Assembly: GCA_963833575.1 (NCBI GenBank)
Contig: CAWHXY010000003.1
Location: forward strand, 1-63,315
From: Candidatus Bathyarchaeota archaeon
Lineage (GTDB): Archaea; Thermoproteota; Bathyarchaeia; Bathyarchaeales; Bathycorpusculaceae
Reading direction: 5' to 3'
DNA: 63,315 nucleotides
Below are positions 48,335 to 58,961 of this stretch, piece after piece. Within the stretch, counting starts at the first letter, position 1, and each line of letters starts with the position of its first letter. The notes below the pieces were generated by a model that did no database searches, had not been told where the DNA came from, and worked only from the letters and a program-made list of their open reading frames with translations. The translations under genes were made by a program, and so were the position numbers.

Positions 48335-49279
48335 TTGCCATTTACAAAAGTGAAGAAAGAGGCAGCAGATGTTTTAACGTTAGAATGGATCTTGCATGTT
48401 AAGAACTACAAGTTGACACTTGACAAAAAACTCTGTATCGCCTGCCAAATGTGCAGTTTAGCTTGCCCAAAAGAAGCCATAAGAACGCAGAAGCAACCTA
48501 AAATTCAAGGGGAAAGGGCCAAAAAAGCCAAAATGAACTTTGATTTGGCGAAATGCAATTTTTGCGGTATTTGTGACGTCATCTGCCCCTATGGCGCAAT
48601 CAAGGTAACTTTGAATGGATCACATGATCTTTCTGTGTTGGCGAAAGAAAGTTTCCCACAGCTGGTTCGCGACATAAGAGTTGACTCTAGCCAGTGCCAG
48701 AAAGAATGTGTCGAATGCGAAACTGCATGCCCGCTGTCGCTGATAAAAATTTCTAGAATTGTACCTGAGTTGCCCGTCTTTAAGAGTTATTATGATGGTA
48801 AGCAGTTTGTGCGAAATGAGGCATTGCCTGTCCAAGTCCACATTGATATTCAAAAATATTATTGTCCAACTTGTAGAATATGCGAGTTCAAATGCAGCCA
48901 AGGAATTTTAAAAGTTAAAAAGACAATCGAAGGAGTAGTTGCTATTAATCGGGCTAAATGTCCTGATGGTTGCCACGACTGCATTGACGTTTGTCCTATT
49001 CCAGATGCAATATTTACTGGCGAAGGCAACAAAGTTCAGGTTAACGACTTATTCTGTACGTATTGTGGCGCATGTAAAAACGTTTGCCCAGTAGACGAAG
49101 CATTAGAGGTTAAACGAACAAAAATTCACCACACTGCAATCCATTCAGGCACATGGAACAAAGCCATAGAAAGACTAACTTCGCCAAAAGACGCCGTTAA
49201 AGAATTCAGAACTGAGGCTGCTGAGAAAACACACCGTCTAGTTTCTAAGAGATTTGTTTTGGAGGAAAAATCCAAATGA
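48335..49279 (+). CDS. polyferredoxin (FwdF/MvhB-like)
   Basis: six CxxCxxCxxxC-type motifs. Confidence 0.9.
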   Translation: MPFTKVKKEAADVLTLEWILHVKNYKLTLDKKLCIACQMCSLACPKEAIRTQKQPKIQGERAKKAKMNFDLAKCNFCGICDVICPYGAIKVTLNGSHDLSVLAKESFPQLVRDIRVDSSQCQKECVECETACPLSLIKISRIVPELPVFKSYYDGKQFVRNEALPVQVHIDIQKYYCPTCRICEFKCSQGILKVKKTIEGVVAINRAKCPDGCHDCIDVCPIPDAIFTGEGNKVQVNDLFCTYCGACKNVCPVDEALEVKRTKIHHTAIHSGTWNKAIERLTSPKDAVKEFRTEAAEKTHRLVSKRFVLEEKSK

Positions 49280-51732
49280 GTGAACGACAAGCGCCTCGAC
49301 AACCAGAGGCGATAAAGCCTGATGTGTTGCGGGTTGGTGTTTTCGTTTGTCACTGTGGCTTAAACATTGCAGGCACTGTAGATGTTAAAGCAGTCGCTGA
49401 ATACGCCAAAACCATTCCAGACGTCGTTTTCGTTAAAGAAAATCGTTATACATGTGCTGATCCAGGGCAAGAAGAGATACGCAAGGCCATACGTGAACAA
49501 AAATTAAACCGTGTGGTTATCGCTGCTTGTTCACCCAGAATGCATGAACCAACCTTTAGACGCACAGTTTCCGAAGCTGGTTTAAACCCGTTTCTCTATG
49601 AAATGGCTAACATCCGAGAGTTCGCTTCATGGTGCCACCAGAATGATCCAGCAGCTGCAACCGAACGCGCAAAAGATTCCGTGCGTATGGCTGTAGCTAA
49701 GGTGCGGTTGATGCAGCAACTTCAAACCATCGAAGTGCCAGTCACCAATAAAGCATTGATCATCGGTGGCGGTATCGCAGGAATGAACGCGGCTTTGGAC
49801 CTAGCTGAAATGGGCTACAAAGTCTATATGCTTGAGAACTCGCAGAGCATTGGCGGGCACATGGCAGCGCTCGACAAGACCTTTCCCACATTGGATTGTA
49901 GCATCTGTATTGAAGGGCCCAAAATGGTGGATTGTGGGCGTCACCCAAACATCACTATTTTTGCTAATTCGGAACTTGTAAAAGTTGACGGATACATCGG
50001 CAACTTCAAAGTAACAATCAAAAAAAACCCCCGATTTGTGATTCCTGAAAAATGCACAGGCTGCGGTGAATGTAAGGACGCTTGCCCAATCGAGTATCCA
50101 AACGAGTGGGACATGAACCTGGGGACACGCAAGGCGATTTCAGTGCCTTTTGACCAGACAGTGCCGCTCATTTATTCTATTAACAAGGATTATTGTATCG
50201 AATGTTTCAAATGCACCGAGGTTTGCGGTGAACGTCAGGCGATTGATTTTAACCAGAAACCTGAAGAAGTACAATTTGATGTGGGTGCAATTATTGTTTC
50301 AACAGGCTTTGACGTTTACTTACCATATGACATGCCACTGTTAGGCTATGGCAAATACCCCAATGTGATCACGAGTATGGAGTTTGAAAGACTCATATTA
50401 GCTGCTGGTCCAACAGGCGGCAAAGTGATTCGTCAATCGGACGGCAAAAAACCCCACACAATAGCATTCATCCAATGTGTTGGCAGCCGAGACAAAAGCA
50501 AGTACCCCTACTGCAGTAACTTCTGCTGTATGTACACGCTAAAACATGTTGTCCAGCTGAAAGAGAAGTACAAGGAAGACATTGAAGTCTACGTTTTCTA
50601 TATGGATATTCGTAGTCCAGGAAAAGGCTACGAAGAATTTTATGATCGCGCTCGGGAACGTGGTGTGAACTTTATTCGTGGGCGTGTAAGCCGCATTGAT
50701 GAGGATCCTGAAACTCATAGTTTGACGGTTCATTCGGAAGATTCTCTTTTGGGTCAGCCTATTGAAGTTGATGCAGATATGGTGGTGCTGGCAACTGCAG
50801 GTATACCTAAGAAGGGTTCGGCGGACATAGCGCGCATTCTTAATCTGTCGCGGGGCTCGGACGGCTTTTTTATGGAGTCGCATCCTAAGCTTAAACCCCT
50901 GGATGCACCAACTGACGGCGTCTTCTACGCTGGCGCCTGTCAAGGCTTAAAAGATATTCCTTATAGCGTTTCGCAAGGAAGCGGTGCTGCAGCAAGAGCA
51001 GCCACTGTAATCAGCAAGTCAAAGTGGAAGATTGAACCAATTATATCAATAGTTGATGAAACCAAGTGCCGAAACAAAACTGCAAAATGCGGTGTCTGCG
51101 TTGACAAATGCCCCTATGGCGCTATCAAAGCTGAGCCTGGCAAAGCAGCATTCATAACAACTGCCAACTGCCACGGCTGCGGAACATGCGTTGCCGAATG
51201 TCCACAACACGCGATTACTCAGATGCACTTCACTGACGCCCAAATTCTGGCTCAAATCCGGGCAGCTCTTGAAGATAAACCCGAAGACAAGATTCTTGCC
51301 ATCCTTTGCAACTGGTGTAGCTATGCAGGCGCAGACCTGGCAGGTATCAGCCGATTCGACTATCCAGCCAGCGTAAGGGCCATTCGCGTCATGTGCAGTG
51401 GCAGAGTGGCAAGAGAATTCGTTCTCGAAGCACTTCGGCTGGGTGCAGGAATGGTTTTGGTCGGCGCATGCCACTTACCCTACGACTGCCACTACATCAA
51501 CGGCAACTACAAGATGAAAGCGCGGACCGACGCTCTCAAAGGCATGTTGATTAAACTGGGTATGAGTTCAGAGCGGTTCCGAGTGGAATATGTTTCAGCC
51601 GCAGAAGGCATCCACTACGCTGAAATCATTAAAGAAATCGATGGTCAAAGAAAAGAGCTAGGCAAAGATAAAATTCAGGCTGAAAACGCCAAGCTTAAGC
51701 CTATCCTCGAAAACATGCTCAAACGAAAATAG
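49276..51732 (+). CDS. hdrA: HdrA-MvhD fusion protein
   Basis: full HdrA motifs followed by LCNWCSYAGAD..RVMCSGRV..DCHY. Confidence 0.96.
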   Translation: MSERQAPRQPEAIKPDVLRVGVFVCHCGLNIAGTVDVKAVAEYAKTIPDVVFVKENRYTCADPGQEEIRKAIREQKLNRVVIAACSPRMHEPTFRRTVSEAGLNPFLYEMANIREFASWCHQNDPAAATERAKDSVRMAVAKVRLMQQLQTIEVPVTNKALIIGGGIAGMNAALDLAEMGYKVYMLENSQSIGGHMAALDKTFPTLDCSICIEGPKMVDCGRHPNITIFANSELVKVDGYIGNFKVTIKKNPRFVIPEKCTGCGECKDACPIEYPNEWDMNLGTRKAISVPFDQTVPLIYSINKDYCIECFKCTEVCGERQAIDFNQKPEEVQFDVGAIIVSTGFDVYLPYDMPLLGYGKYPNVITSMEFERLILAAGPTGGKVIRQSDGKKPHTIAFIQCVGSRDKSKYPYCSNFCCMYTLKHVVQLKEKYKEDIEVYVFYMDIRSPGKGYEEFYDRARERGVNFIRGRVSRIDEDPETHSLTVHSEDSLLGQPIEVDADMVVLATAGIPKKGSADIARILNLSRGSDGFFMESHPKLKPLDAPTDGVFYAGACQGLKDIPYSVSQGSGAAARAATVISKSKWKIEPIISIVDETKCRNKTAKCGVCVDKCPYGAIKAEPGKAAFITTANCHGCGTCVAECPQHAITQMHFTDAQILAQIRAALEDKPEDKILAILCNWCSYAGADLAGISRFDYPASVRAIRVMCSGRVAREFVLEALRLGAGMVLVGACHLPYDCHYINGNYKMKARTDALKGMLIKLGMSSERFRVEYVSAAEGIHYAEIIKEIDGQRKELGKDKIQAENAKLKPILENMLKRK

Positions 51733-51844
51733 CAGCAATAGCTCTCTTAATTTATTCGTTACTTCGGTTTGTTTTTTATTAGTAAAAGAAATTATTTCAT
51801 TTCGGAAAGATTTTTTTCCCTTCCTTTTTAGATAAGATCTTTTA

Positions 51845-52085
51845 CTGGTAAAATGGGGCTCAACTTCTGGATGATGGCATTATCGGTGGCGAAAATGGCA
51901 TAGTAACTGGTCTCGCCAGAAAGAAAAACGTAGAAGGGACTGCTTGCTTGCGAAAACTAACGGGTACCAGACTCCAACTGGAGAATACGTTATAGATCCT
52001 CGTGCAGCGAAGGCGGCTTTGAAGGTCCTAACTTCAATGTTGAATTTGAGAGTAGATATGGAGCCAATGGACAAACAGGATTGCT
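51845..52085 (+). pseudogene. PAC2 (proteasome assembly chaperone) family remnant
   Basis: GIIGGENGIVTGLARKKNVEG / frameshift / CLLAKTNG...IDPRAAKAALKVL...VDMEPM. Confidence 0.7.
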
Positions 52086-52684
52086 TGATAGGAAAGGTTG
52101 TTTTATATTATGCTGGGTTGGCACGGAGTATCCCAAGTTTTTACCGATTATCCAACTTGCAATGACCCATGAAGTAACTATTAAGTTTGCAGCTTGGAAC
52201 TTTGGAGTTTCAACTTCAAGGAAAACGCAAAAGACCAAAAGAAGGATGTTTATTATCTAAGAATTACTGCCATCCAAGAAATTAAGCAAGTCTGTGAAAT
52301 GCTGAAGGATGATTCTATAACCAAAAAGAAGCAAATTCAAATATTTTTTAGATTACATCTCACTTAAAGAGAAACTAAAGAGGGGAAGGATGGAAAAGTT
52401 CGTGCATTTATGGCTTTGTACATTGCTGCTAATTGTATAGGGTTGAGGAGAACCGCTTGAAAGGGTACCTAGAGAAAAGTCCAGAAAAACAGCCATACTG
52501 TTGACTCTGGGTTCCGCAATTTTTTGAGAAAGGACATAGCCTTTTTGTTGTTTGTTTTGAGTATTTAGGTTTTGCCGAAAAATCTATGTGTCCCATAACG
52601 CACCATTATCCGTACAAGCAAATATAGCAAATATTAATTGGTAAGTGCTCTATACAAGTTCCTTTAGTTTAGGGGAATATAAGG

Positions 52685-53524
52685 GTGGAGAAGCAAGCTC
52701 AAATATCCGACTCTTTAAGAGTTTTTGAATTGATGGGGTTTAGTAAACTTGAGATTCAGATATATCGTCTTCTAGCAACTTTTGGACCCAAGAAAGTTAG
52801 AGAAATACAAAACGCATTACCCCTGAACCGAATTAGCCTTTATAAACTTTTGAAACAAATGGCAAACAAAGGCTTCATTGAATCTACCCTAGATTATCCT
52901 TCAAAATTTGTCGCTACAGATCCGTATGTTTTGATTGAACTGTATATTGAATCACGGAAAAATGAGGCGTATGCTTTAGAAACCCATAAAATGGACTTGG
53001 TTGATAGTTTAAGAATTAACAACCTTGAAGGTTCAAACATAGCGCACGATAAATTTTCGGTTATTATGAGTTTAGATGTTTTAATGGCGAAAAGCACACA
53101 AATCTCTAAAGCAACAAAACGTGAACTGCTTATTAATTATGGAGATCTATCTATAATAAGTCATGATTACGTAAGAACACTTGATGGATGGGTCAGAAAC
53201 TGCAGAAAAAATGGCGCTATTATTAGACACTTAGCATCTTTTAAACCAGAAAACGTTGAAATAGTTAAAAAGATAATGACTAAATATGCTAAATCAGGAT
53301 ATTCTAGTTCCATTTTCTTCGGAGTTATAAATAGGAATTTGGACGACTTACCTGACTTTTTTATTAGTGACGATCAAGATTTGATTTTCAGTATAATTTC
53401 AACTGAAGAAGGCAAAAGAATTTCTCATAAGGATGCTAAAGGTTTGTGGACAAACAATGACAACATGATAAAAGCTATTAGAGAATTGTTTGAAAATAAT
53501 TGGAAGAATAGTGTTAGATTATAA
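52685..53524 (+). CDS. TrmB-family transcriptional regulator (third)
   Basis: GFSKLEIQIY.LL, LYKLLKQMANKGFIE, LWTNN..LFENNW. Confidence 0.9.
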   Translation: MEKQAQISDSLRVFELMGFSKLEIQIYRLLATFGPKKVREIQNALPLNRISLYKLLKQMANKGFIESTLDYPSKFVATDPYVLIELYIESRKNEAYALETHKMDLVDSLRINNLEGSNIAHDKFSVIMSLDVLMAKSTQISKATKRELLINYGDLSIISHDYVRTLDGWVRNCRKNGAIIRHLASFKPENVEIVKKIMTKYAKSGYSSSIFFGVINRNLDDLPDFFISDDQDLIFSIISTEEGKRISHKDAKGLWTNNDNMIKAIRELFENNWKNSVRL

Positions 53525-53758
53525 AAATTTTGTAAATGCCTTAAATTCGATTATTTATTTTTGGTTCAGAAATAAGGCGTTTTTCGCCTGTAATTTTGTG
53601 TTTGTGTATCGGATGACAGCCTAGAATTAATAACAGATTTCTTGTGAATGGCGTTTATATTTGGGGCGAAAAAATGACAACTAATGATAGTTTAGGAGAG
53701 GGCTTTTCTGTGTATTCGATTGATGCAGAAATAAATCCTGAAGAGGGAGCGAACTAAA

Positions 53759-55003
53759 ATGACACAAGAAAATGCACAAACAGAGCCTACAAAAACCTTT
53801 AGTCGAAACAGTATATTGCTTTTTATGTCGCTATTCTTTTACATGGCTTCTCTATATGCTTCAAGTTCTTATCTGCCGAATTATGCTACTTCGCTTGGTT
53901 GCCCGGCCGCTCTAGCGACGACAATCATAGGACTAACTGGATTGGTCCCAGTTATACTAGCGATAGCTGTAGGAATATACATGGATAGAACCGGTAACCG
54001 GAAAAATTTAGTTCTGGTTAGTCTTATTATAAGCGCAATTGTTGGCATTGGATATATATTTTCTACGACTTGGCAAATGCTATTAGCTTTCAGAATTCTT
54101 CAGGGCGTCGGAATGTTATTCGTACTCAACTATATTGTTCTACTGGTGTTAGCTATGCCACGTGGAAAGCAACATACAGCTATAGGAATCTTTACGGTTG
54201 GACAATGCGCAGGGACCATCCTTATCTTTGCTATTGGTCCAATACTGTTCAGCTTAGGCGGAATTACGTATACTTTCTATGCTACGATTGCCACTGCCAT
54301 TATAGCTGCTTTAGTCCTGTTACCATTGAAAATGCCTGTTCATAAAGGAACGTTTAAAGTGACTGGTGGCGTAATTAAAGATGTCTTTAAAAATCCTGCT
54401 CTGATAGCACAGTGCGCAACAATATTCTTTGCGATGGGTATCCAGACTGCTTTTGCAGGCGTTGCACCTTTCGTTGCGATCATCTTGCTGCATATTCCAC
54501 TGGGTTCTGTTGCACTAATATTCATATCATCTGTAGTCGGAGGCGCAATTGGAGGGCTAGTAACTCCCCCAATGATTGGTAAAATAGGGTCAAAGATAGT
54601 GACAGTTGCATATGCTGCTGGGATACTAGTATTAATGGTTCTGTTGACATTCGTAACTGCCGTCAGTTCAACTACAGCCATCATCGTCTTCAACCTCATA
54701 TTTGCATTGCTGACATGGTGTATACTTGGAGTAAACATACCAATGGGAGGCGCAGTGTTGCAGAGATTGCCAAGAGAAGTGACTTCAGTGGCACAAAACG
54801 CGAATAACACCTTCATGAATCTGGGACAGGTAGTTCTACCTCTTGTCGTAGGAACTGTATTGGGGGCCACATATAATTTCAGCGCATCTTTTTTGGCCTT
54901 GATAGTGCTAGCAGTTGCTGGTCTCATCTGTGCTATCGTATTTGCTGTTATGCTCGGCAGAGTTAAAGTATTGGAAGGATCGGTAGCGGTTGGCCATCAT
55001 TAG
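53759..55003 (+). CDS. MFS transporter
   Basis: about 12 TM helices; G.YMDRTGNRK motif A and FRILQG motif B. Confidence 0.92.
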   Translation: MTQENAQTEPTKTFSRNSILLFMSLFFYMASLYASSSYLPNYATSLGCPAALATTIIGLTGLVPVILAIAVGIYMDRTGNRKNLVLVSLIISAIVGIGYIFSTTWQMLLAFRILQGVGMLFVLNYIVLLVLAMPRGKQHTAIGIFTVGQCAGTILIFAIGPILFSLGGITYTFYATIATAIIAALVLLPLKMPVHKGTFKVTGGVIKDVFKNPALIAQCATIFFAMGIQTAFAGVAPFVAIILLHIPLGSVALIFISSVVGGAIGGLVTPPMIGKIGSKIVTVAYAAGILVLMVLLTFVTAVSSTTAIIVFNLIFALLTWCILGVNIPMGGAVLQRLPREVTSVAQNANNTFMNLGQVVLPLVVGTVLGATYNFSASFLALIVLAVAGLICAIVFAVMLGRVKVLEGSVAVGHH

Positions 55004-55374
55004 ACGAATCAACTCGTAAAATATCCCAAAAAAACCCTTTTTTTATTTTTATCCAATATTTAACCTGATTTTATTGTTAGCAATTACTAAATTGTTGTTT
55101 TTCCTTCAGAAACGATCGTCGCCTGTCCTCTAATTTAATCGTACTACGACCCCTTATTCTTGAATAGCGAATAACGCTAGCAACTTTTGAATTATTCTAC
55201 TAAAAAAACGGCAGCATGTCCATAAGAAAACTCACTTCAAAATAGTATGATTAAACGTGGTTTGGTTAATTAAATCCAAGGTTGATTTGAGAACCTTAGA
55301 AAACTCCTTTTATCTGCTGGAATGCCTTTTTTTTGTATGAAAAGCCTTTTTGCTCTAACAGTTTGAAACGCTAA

Positions 55375-56576
55375 TCACTATATACCATGCGCTTCTCAAA
55401 ACCTCAGCAATCTCCTCCAAAGGAACATGACCAGCATAAACCCGCTTTCTATACTTCAAAGATTTCTCAAACCCACCTCAACATACTTCTCGCCATTAAC
55501 CAGCAAATGCCAAATAATCGTTAGCATCTTCTTATCAACAGCAACATAAGCAGTTTTACTTCCCTTCCTTGTCTTCACACGCAAAAACAAAGCCCTAAAC
55601 TTTGAATCCCTAACTCTTACAGCGGCATGAGCAACCTCAACCATGTTCATCTCAACCACTTAGAACCCCGCCTAATAATCGACCCCAAAACGCATACACC
55701 AGCTGACTGATGAAGAGAAGGAGCAAGCCCAGTCCAAGCTGCGATTTGCTTTCCGTTAGAAAAACGTTTAGCGTCGCCAATCTCAGCCAAAATAGCAGCA
55801 GCAGAACGCTTTCCCACACCCGGCACAGAAGAAACTGTTTCAATGTCACGCTCATTGGCAAGACCTCTATTCTAGCCTCCACATCTCTAATTTGCTCGTC
55901 CAAATGTTTAATCGTCTGAGTCAATTTTGAGTTCAAAAATGTCATTTTCACTCAGTGAACATTTCGAATAAGCCTTAATCTCTTCGCATCTGCTTTTAAG
56001 CTGCTTATTTTCTGTGTGCTCCAAGATAGCCTCCATACTTTTACCCGAGCTTAAACCGCTTAGAATTTCCATCCCAGCCTTCCCAAAGACATCGCTTAGC
56101 TTAGAACGCAATCTGATGTTTACTCTGCTGAGTACTTTTTGGCAGCGATTCTTAAACTGGGTTCTGTTCTGAACGTATTTTATCCTCATTCGAGTTAGGT
56201 CACGTAGTTCTCTTAGGTGTTTGTCTGAGACATAGCTGGGTTTTTTCTGTCCTCCTCTTAGGAGATGTGCAAGCTATTCAGAATCAAACTGGTCAGTTTT
56301 GCGTCCAGGAATACCCTTCATGTGATTAACGTTGGCCAGCACTACTTCAAAACCTGATTCTTCTAGGGCTAAGTATAATGGATCCCAATAGATACTAGTT
56401 GACTCCATCACTGCTCTTTTACACTCATTGATTTTGAGCCATTCTTTGAGCTTGTCTATGTCGTCTGAGTCATTTGTGAAGTGTATTGTTTCTTTGGTTT
56501 GGTCAATTAGGATGGTTGCGACGAGTAGGTCTTGGTGTACGTCTACACCGAAAAACTTTTCAACCATTTCCTTCAC
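55375..56576 (-). pseudogene. IS110 transposase with internal stop and frameshifts
   Basis: GVDVHQD, MESTSIYW, GRKTD..DSE*, SDVFGKAG, AYVAV..KMLTIIWHLL spread over four ORF fragments. Confidence 0.9.
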
Positions 56577-56589
56577 ATCTATAGTGTGG

Positions 56590-56735
56590 AATGCTGGAAG
56601 ATGCTCCTTTAAGCTCTGACAGCATTTTTGTATGCGAGATAAAGCTCATCCATCTATCCGCCAGAAGGAGCGCAAACCATTTTCTATGTCGAGGTCTAAA
56701 AAGCCAAAAAAGACGGTGTTTATTCCAGCGCTCCA
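56590..56735. ncRNA. candidate IS110 bridge/guide RNA region
   Basis: non-coding end of the IS; GCTGGAA...TTCCAGC long-range pairing and two similar CATTTT..ATG loops. Confidence 0.4.
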
Positions 56736-56814
56736 AGACTAGAGTTAGCTTGAGCAAAAAGGTTTTTCATGGCACTTCAATGAACGCTTGCATTATGAAA
56801 TTTCTATTGTGTTT

Positions 56815-56845
56815 GTTTACTCGATGACTACCAATTTTCTATAAG
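56815..56845 (+). promoter_or_regulatory. degenerate operator GTTTA-CTCG-ATGAC + TATAAG
   Basis: gttt flank, 11 nt before TATAAG (56840). Confidence 0.55.
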
Positions 56846-56880
56846 ATAGATAAAGAAAGACAATATCAGGATGTGCGAAA

Positions 56881-57621
56881 TTGCCGCAAAGCATAGAGAA
56901 TATTATCGGAGAGCTGAAAAAATCATTTTATGATGAAAACGTCGAAGCTGTTACAAAATTCACACAAGAAGTAATGAATTCAGGAGGCAGTGCTATAGAA
57001 CTACTTGATAAATATCTGCTTGCATGGACTAAAGAAATTTGTTCCAGAGATGATACCGCTGCCATTCATGACGATGCTAAGTTAGCACAAGAAAAAATGC
57101 CTGAAAACGCAGTGTATTTATCTGATTTAATTGTTATTGCTGAATGTTTAACTGCTGCAGTTGCGATTCTTAAACCTTACCTGATAAATGAAGCTAAAGG
57201 CAAAGAAACTATGTCTGGTCAAGTTCTGTTAGGCACAATTGAAGGCGATGTCCATGACATTGGTAGACAAATTATCGGCACAATGTTCACTGCTGCAGGT
57301 TATGATGTTACAGATTTAGGAGCAGATGTGCCCGCTCAAAGGTTTGCTTTACAAGCGAAGCTGAAAAAAGCTGATATTCTCGGCATTAGTTGCTCGATGG
57401 CTATGTGCCGCTCAAATATCCCTAAAGTTGTCGAACAGTTAAAAAAAATGGGTATACGAGACAACGTTAAAGTTATTGATGGAGGGCAAGCTGCTACCCC
57501 TGATGATCCAGCAACCTGCAATATTGACGGTTTTGCGGCGCAATCAGAAGAAGCTCTAACGAAAGCCTTTGAGCTGATGCGCATTCTCAAAGAACAAAGA
57601 GCAAAAGGAGGAAAACAATAA
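56881..57621 (+). CDS. corrinoid protein, clade A
   Basis: cap domain + GTIEGDVHDIGRQII, ISCSM, DGGQA. Confidence 0.93.
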   Translation: MPQSIENIIGELKKSFYDENVEAVTKFTQEVMNSGGSAIELLDKYLLAWTKEICSRDDTAAIHDDAKLAQEKMPENAVYLSDLIVIAECLTAAVAILKPYLINEAKGKETMSGQVLLGTIEGDVHDIGRQIIGTMFTAAGYDVTDLGADVPAQRFALQAKLKKADILGISCSMAMCRSNIPKVVEQLKKMGIRDNVKVIDGGQAATPDDPATCNIDGFAAQSEEALTKAFELMRILKEQRAKGGKQ

Positions 57622-58886
57622 TGAATGGTAGACTAGTTTGGGATTCACAGGAAAAAAATGGAGAATATCCAAAAAATTGGAATGCCGCAGGATATAGCTG
57701 CGCTTTTACCGAAACTGAAGAATTAATCTTCGAAAGCTGCAAAAAAAAGATAGCTGATAGACAAAAGAAGGATAAGTATACACCAAGAGAGAGATGTGCA
57801 AAAAATGAGTTTACCGCAGAGATGGTGGATCGTTTGCCATCATGTTATGTATATACGCATAACTTCTCGCCAAGAGTGCTTGATAGCTTTCTTGAACCAA
57901 CACCTGTTATTAGCCAAAAAGACGTTCTAAACCATCCTAACTTGAACTGGCTTGCTGAAATGATGTGGTATACAAGGACCCCAGGAGACTACACTAAAAC
58001 AACTCCAGTTACCTTTGGCGAAGAAATATTGAGCAGAACATTCAAGTTCATCGACTACGGACCGCCACTGATGGTTGAACCTTTTGCCAAAAATAAAGAG
58101 GAACTTCAATTCTTTTTCGATAACTGTCCTGACCCGGCGAAGCAAGGCTTATTTCCACTTAACTTGTGGGTTACAAAGATGCGAATGAAATATCTGTCGG
58201 ATTTGATGGTGATTTGGGGAAACATTTGTCCTGGTCCTCTTGCAAGCGCTGGCTTCCTTATGGGCATAAAAGAATTCGTGCTAGCTATGCGTAATGACCG
58301 CGAAATGGCTACTTTGGCATTAGATGGTGTTTCAAAACTCTGCATGAAAAGAGCAACAGCTATAGCCCCGATTGTTGGTCCCCAATTAACTGAAGATGGT
58401 AAAGGGAACATTATATGGTTCTGCGACGGCGGAGCAGGCTATCTTAAAGGTAAAGAATACATAGAGACATTTGATCATCACTATAAAGCCATCTTTGATC
58501 ATTTAGCTGGAATGGGTTACCGATCATACGTAGCTGGCGGTGGCGTTGAAGAAGGCTTTGAATTCACCTTCAAGTACTTAAATGACCTGTTGGGCGGCGG
58601 ACTTCTTAACATCTTAGAACAACCTGGTTTTGAGGAGAAATCAGAGATTATTCGAAAATACGAAAAGATGTTCTACATTACTGCCAACTCAACCCGAAGA
58701 GTGCTGAAAGGCACAGAAGCAGAATACCGTGCAGATGTCGAACGTGTCATGCGAACCTACAATAAGATGACTGGAGGCCAACGATCAACCTACTGGACAT
58801 CATACGACGCTTTGACATCAGTCAGCCAATTCGAGATGTCTATCAAAGTGAACCAAGAGTGTATTCAACTGCCACTCAAATATTAA
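57621..58886 (+). CDS. UroD/MtaA-fold corrinoid-dependent methyltransferase, clade A
   Basis: TAATG-coupled; PVTFGE, PDPAKQGLFP, GNICPGP, WFCDGGAGY; paralog of 7503..8768. Confidence 0.8.
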   Translation: MNGRLVWDSQEKNGEYPKNWNAAGYSCAFTETEELIFESCKKKIADRQKKDKYTPRERCAKNEFTAEMVDRLPSCYVYTHNFSPRVLDSFLEPTPVISQKDVLNHPNLNWLAEMMWYTRTPGDYTKTTPVTFGEEILSRTFKFIDYGPPLMVEPFAKNKEELQFFFDNCPDPAKQGLFPLNLWVTKMRMKYLSDLMVIWGNICPGPLASAGFLMGIKEFVLAMRNDREMATLALDGVSKLCMKRATAIAPIVGPQLTEDGKGNIIWFCDGGAGYLKGKEYIETFDHHYKAIFDHLAGMGYRSYVAGGGVEEGFEFTFKYLNDLLGGGLLNILEQPGFEEKSEIIRKYEKMFYITANSTRRVLKGTEAEYRADVERVMRTYNKMTGGQRSTYWTSYDALTSVSQFEMSIKVNQECIQLPLKY

Positions 58887-58961
58887 ATCCTTTTTTTTTC
58901 AAAAATTTAGTCAAGAATAACTTAATAGTCAGGGAAAATATACACGGGTGAAAAATTACTC

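Larger units (their letters stand above)
55337..56770 (-). mobile_element. IS110-family insertion sequence, inactivated, with 19-bp inverted repeats
   Basis: ATGAAAAGCCTTTTTGCTC (55337-55355) vs reverse complement of 56752-56770 ATGAAAAACCTTTTTGCTC (1 mismatch), enclosing a DEDD transposase remnant. Confidence 0.88.
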
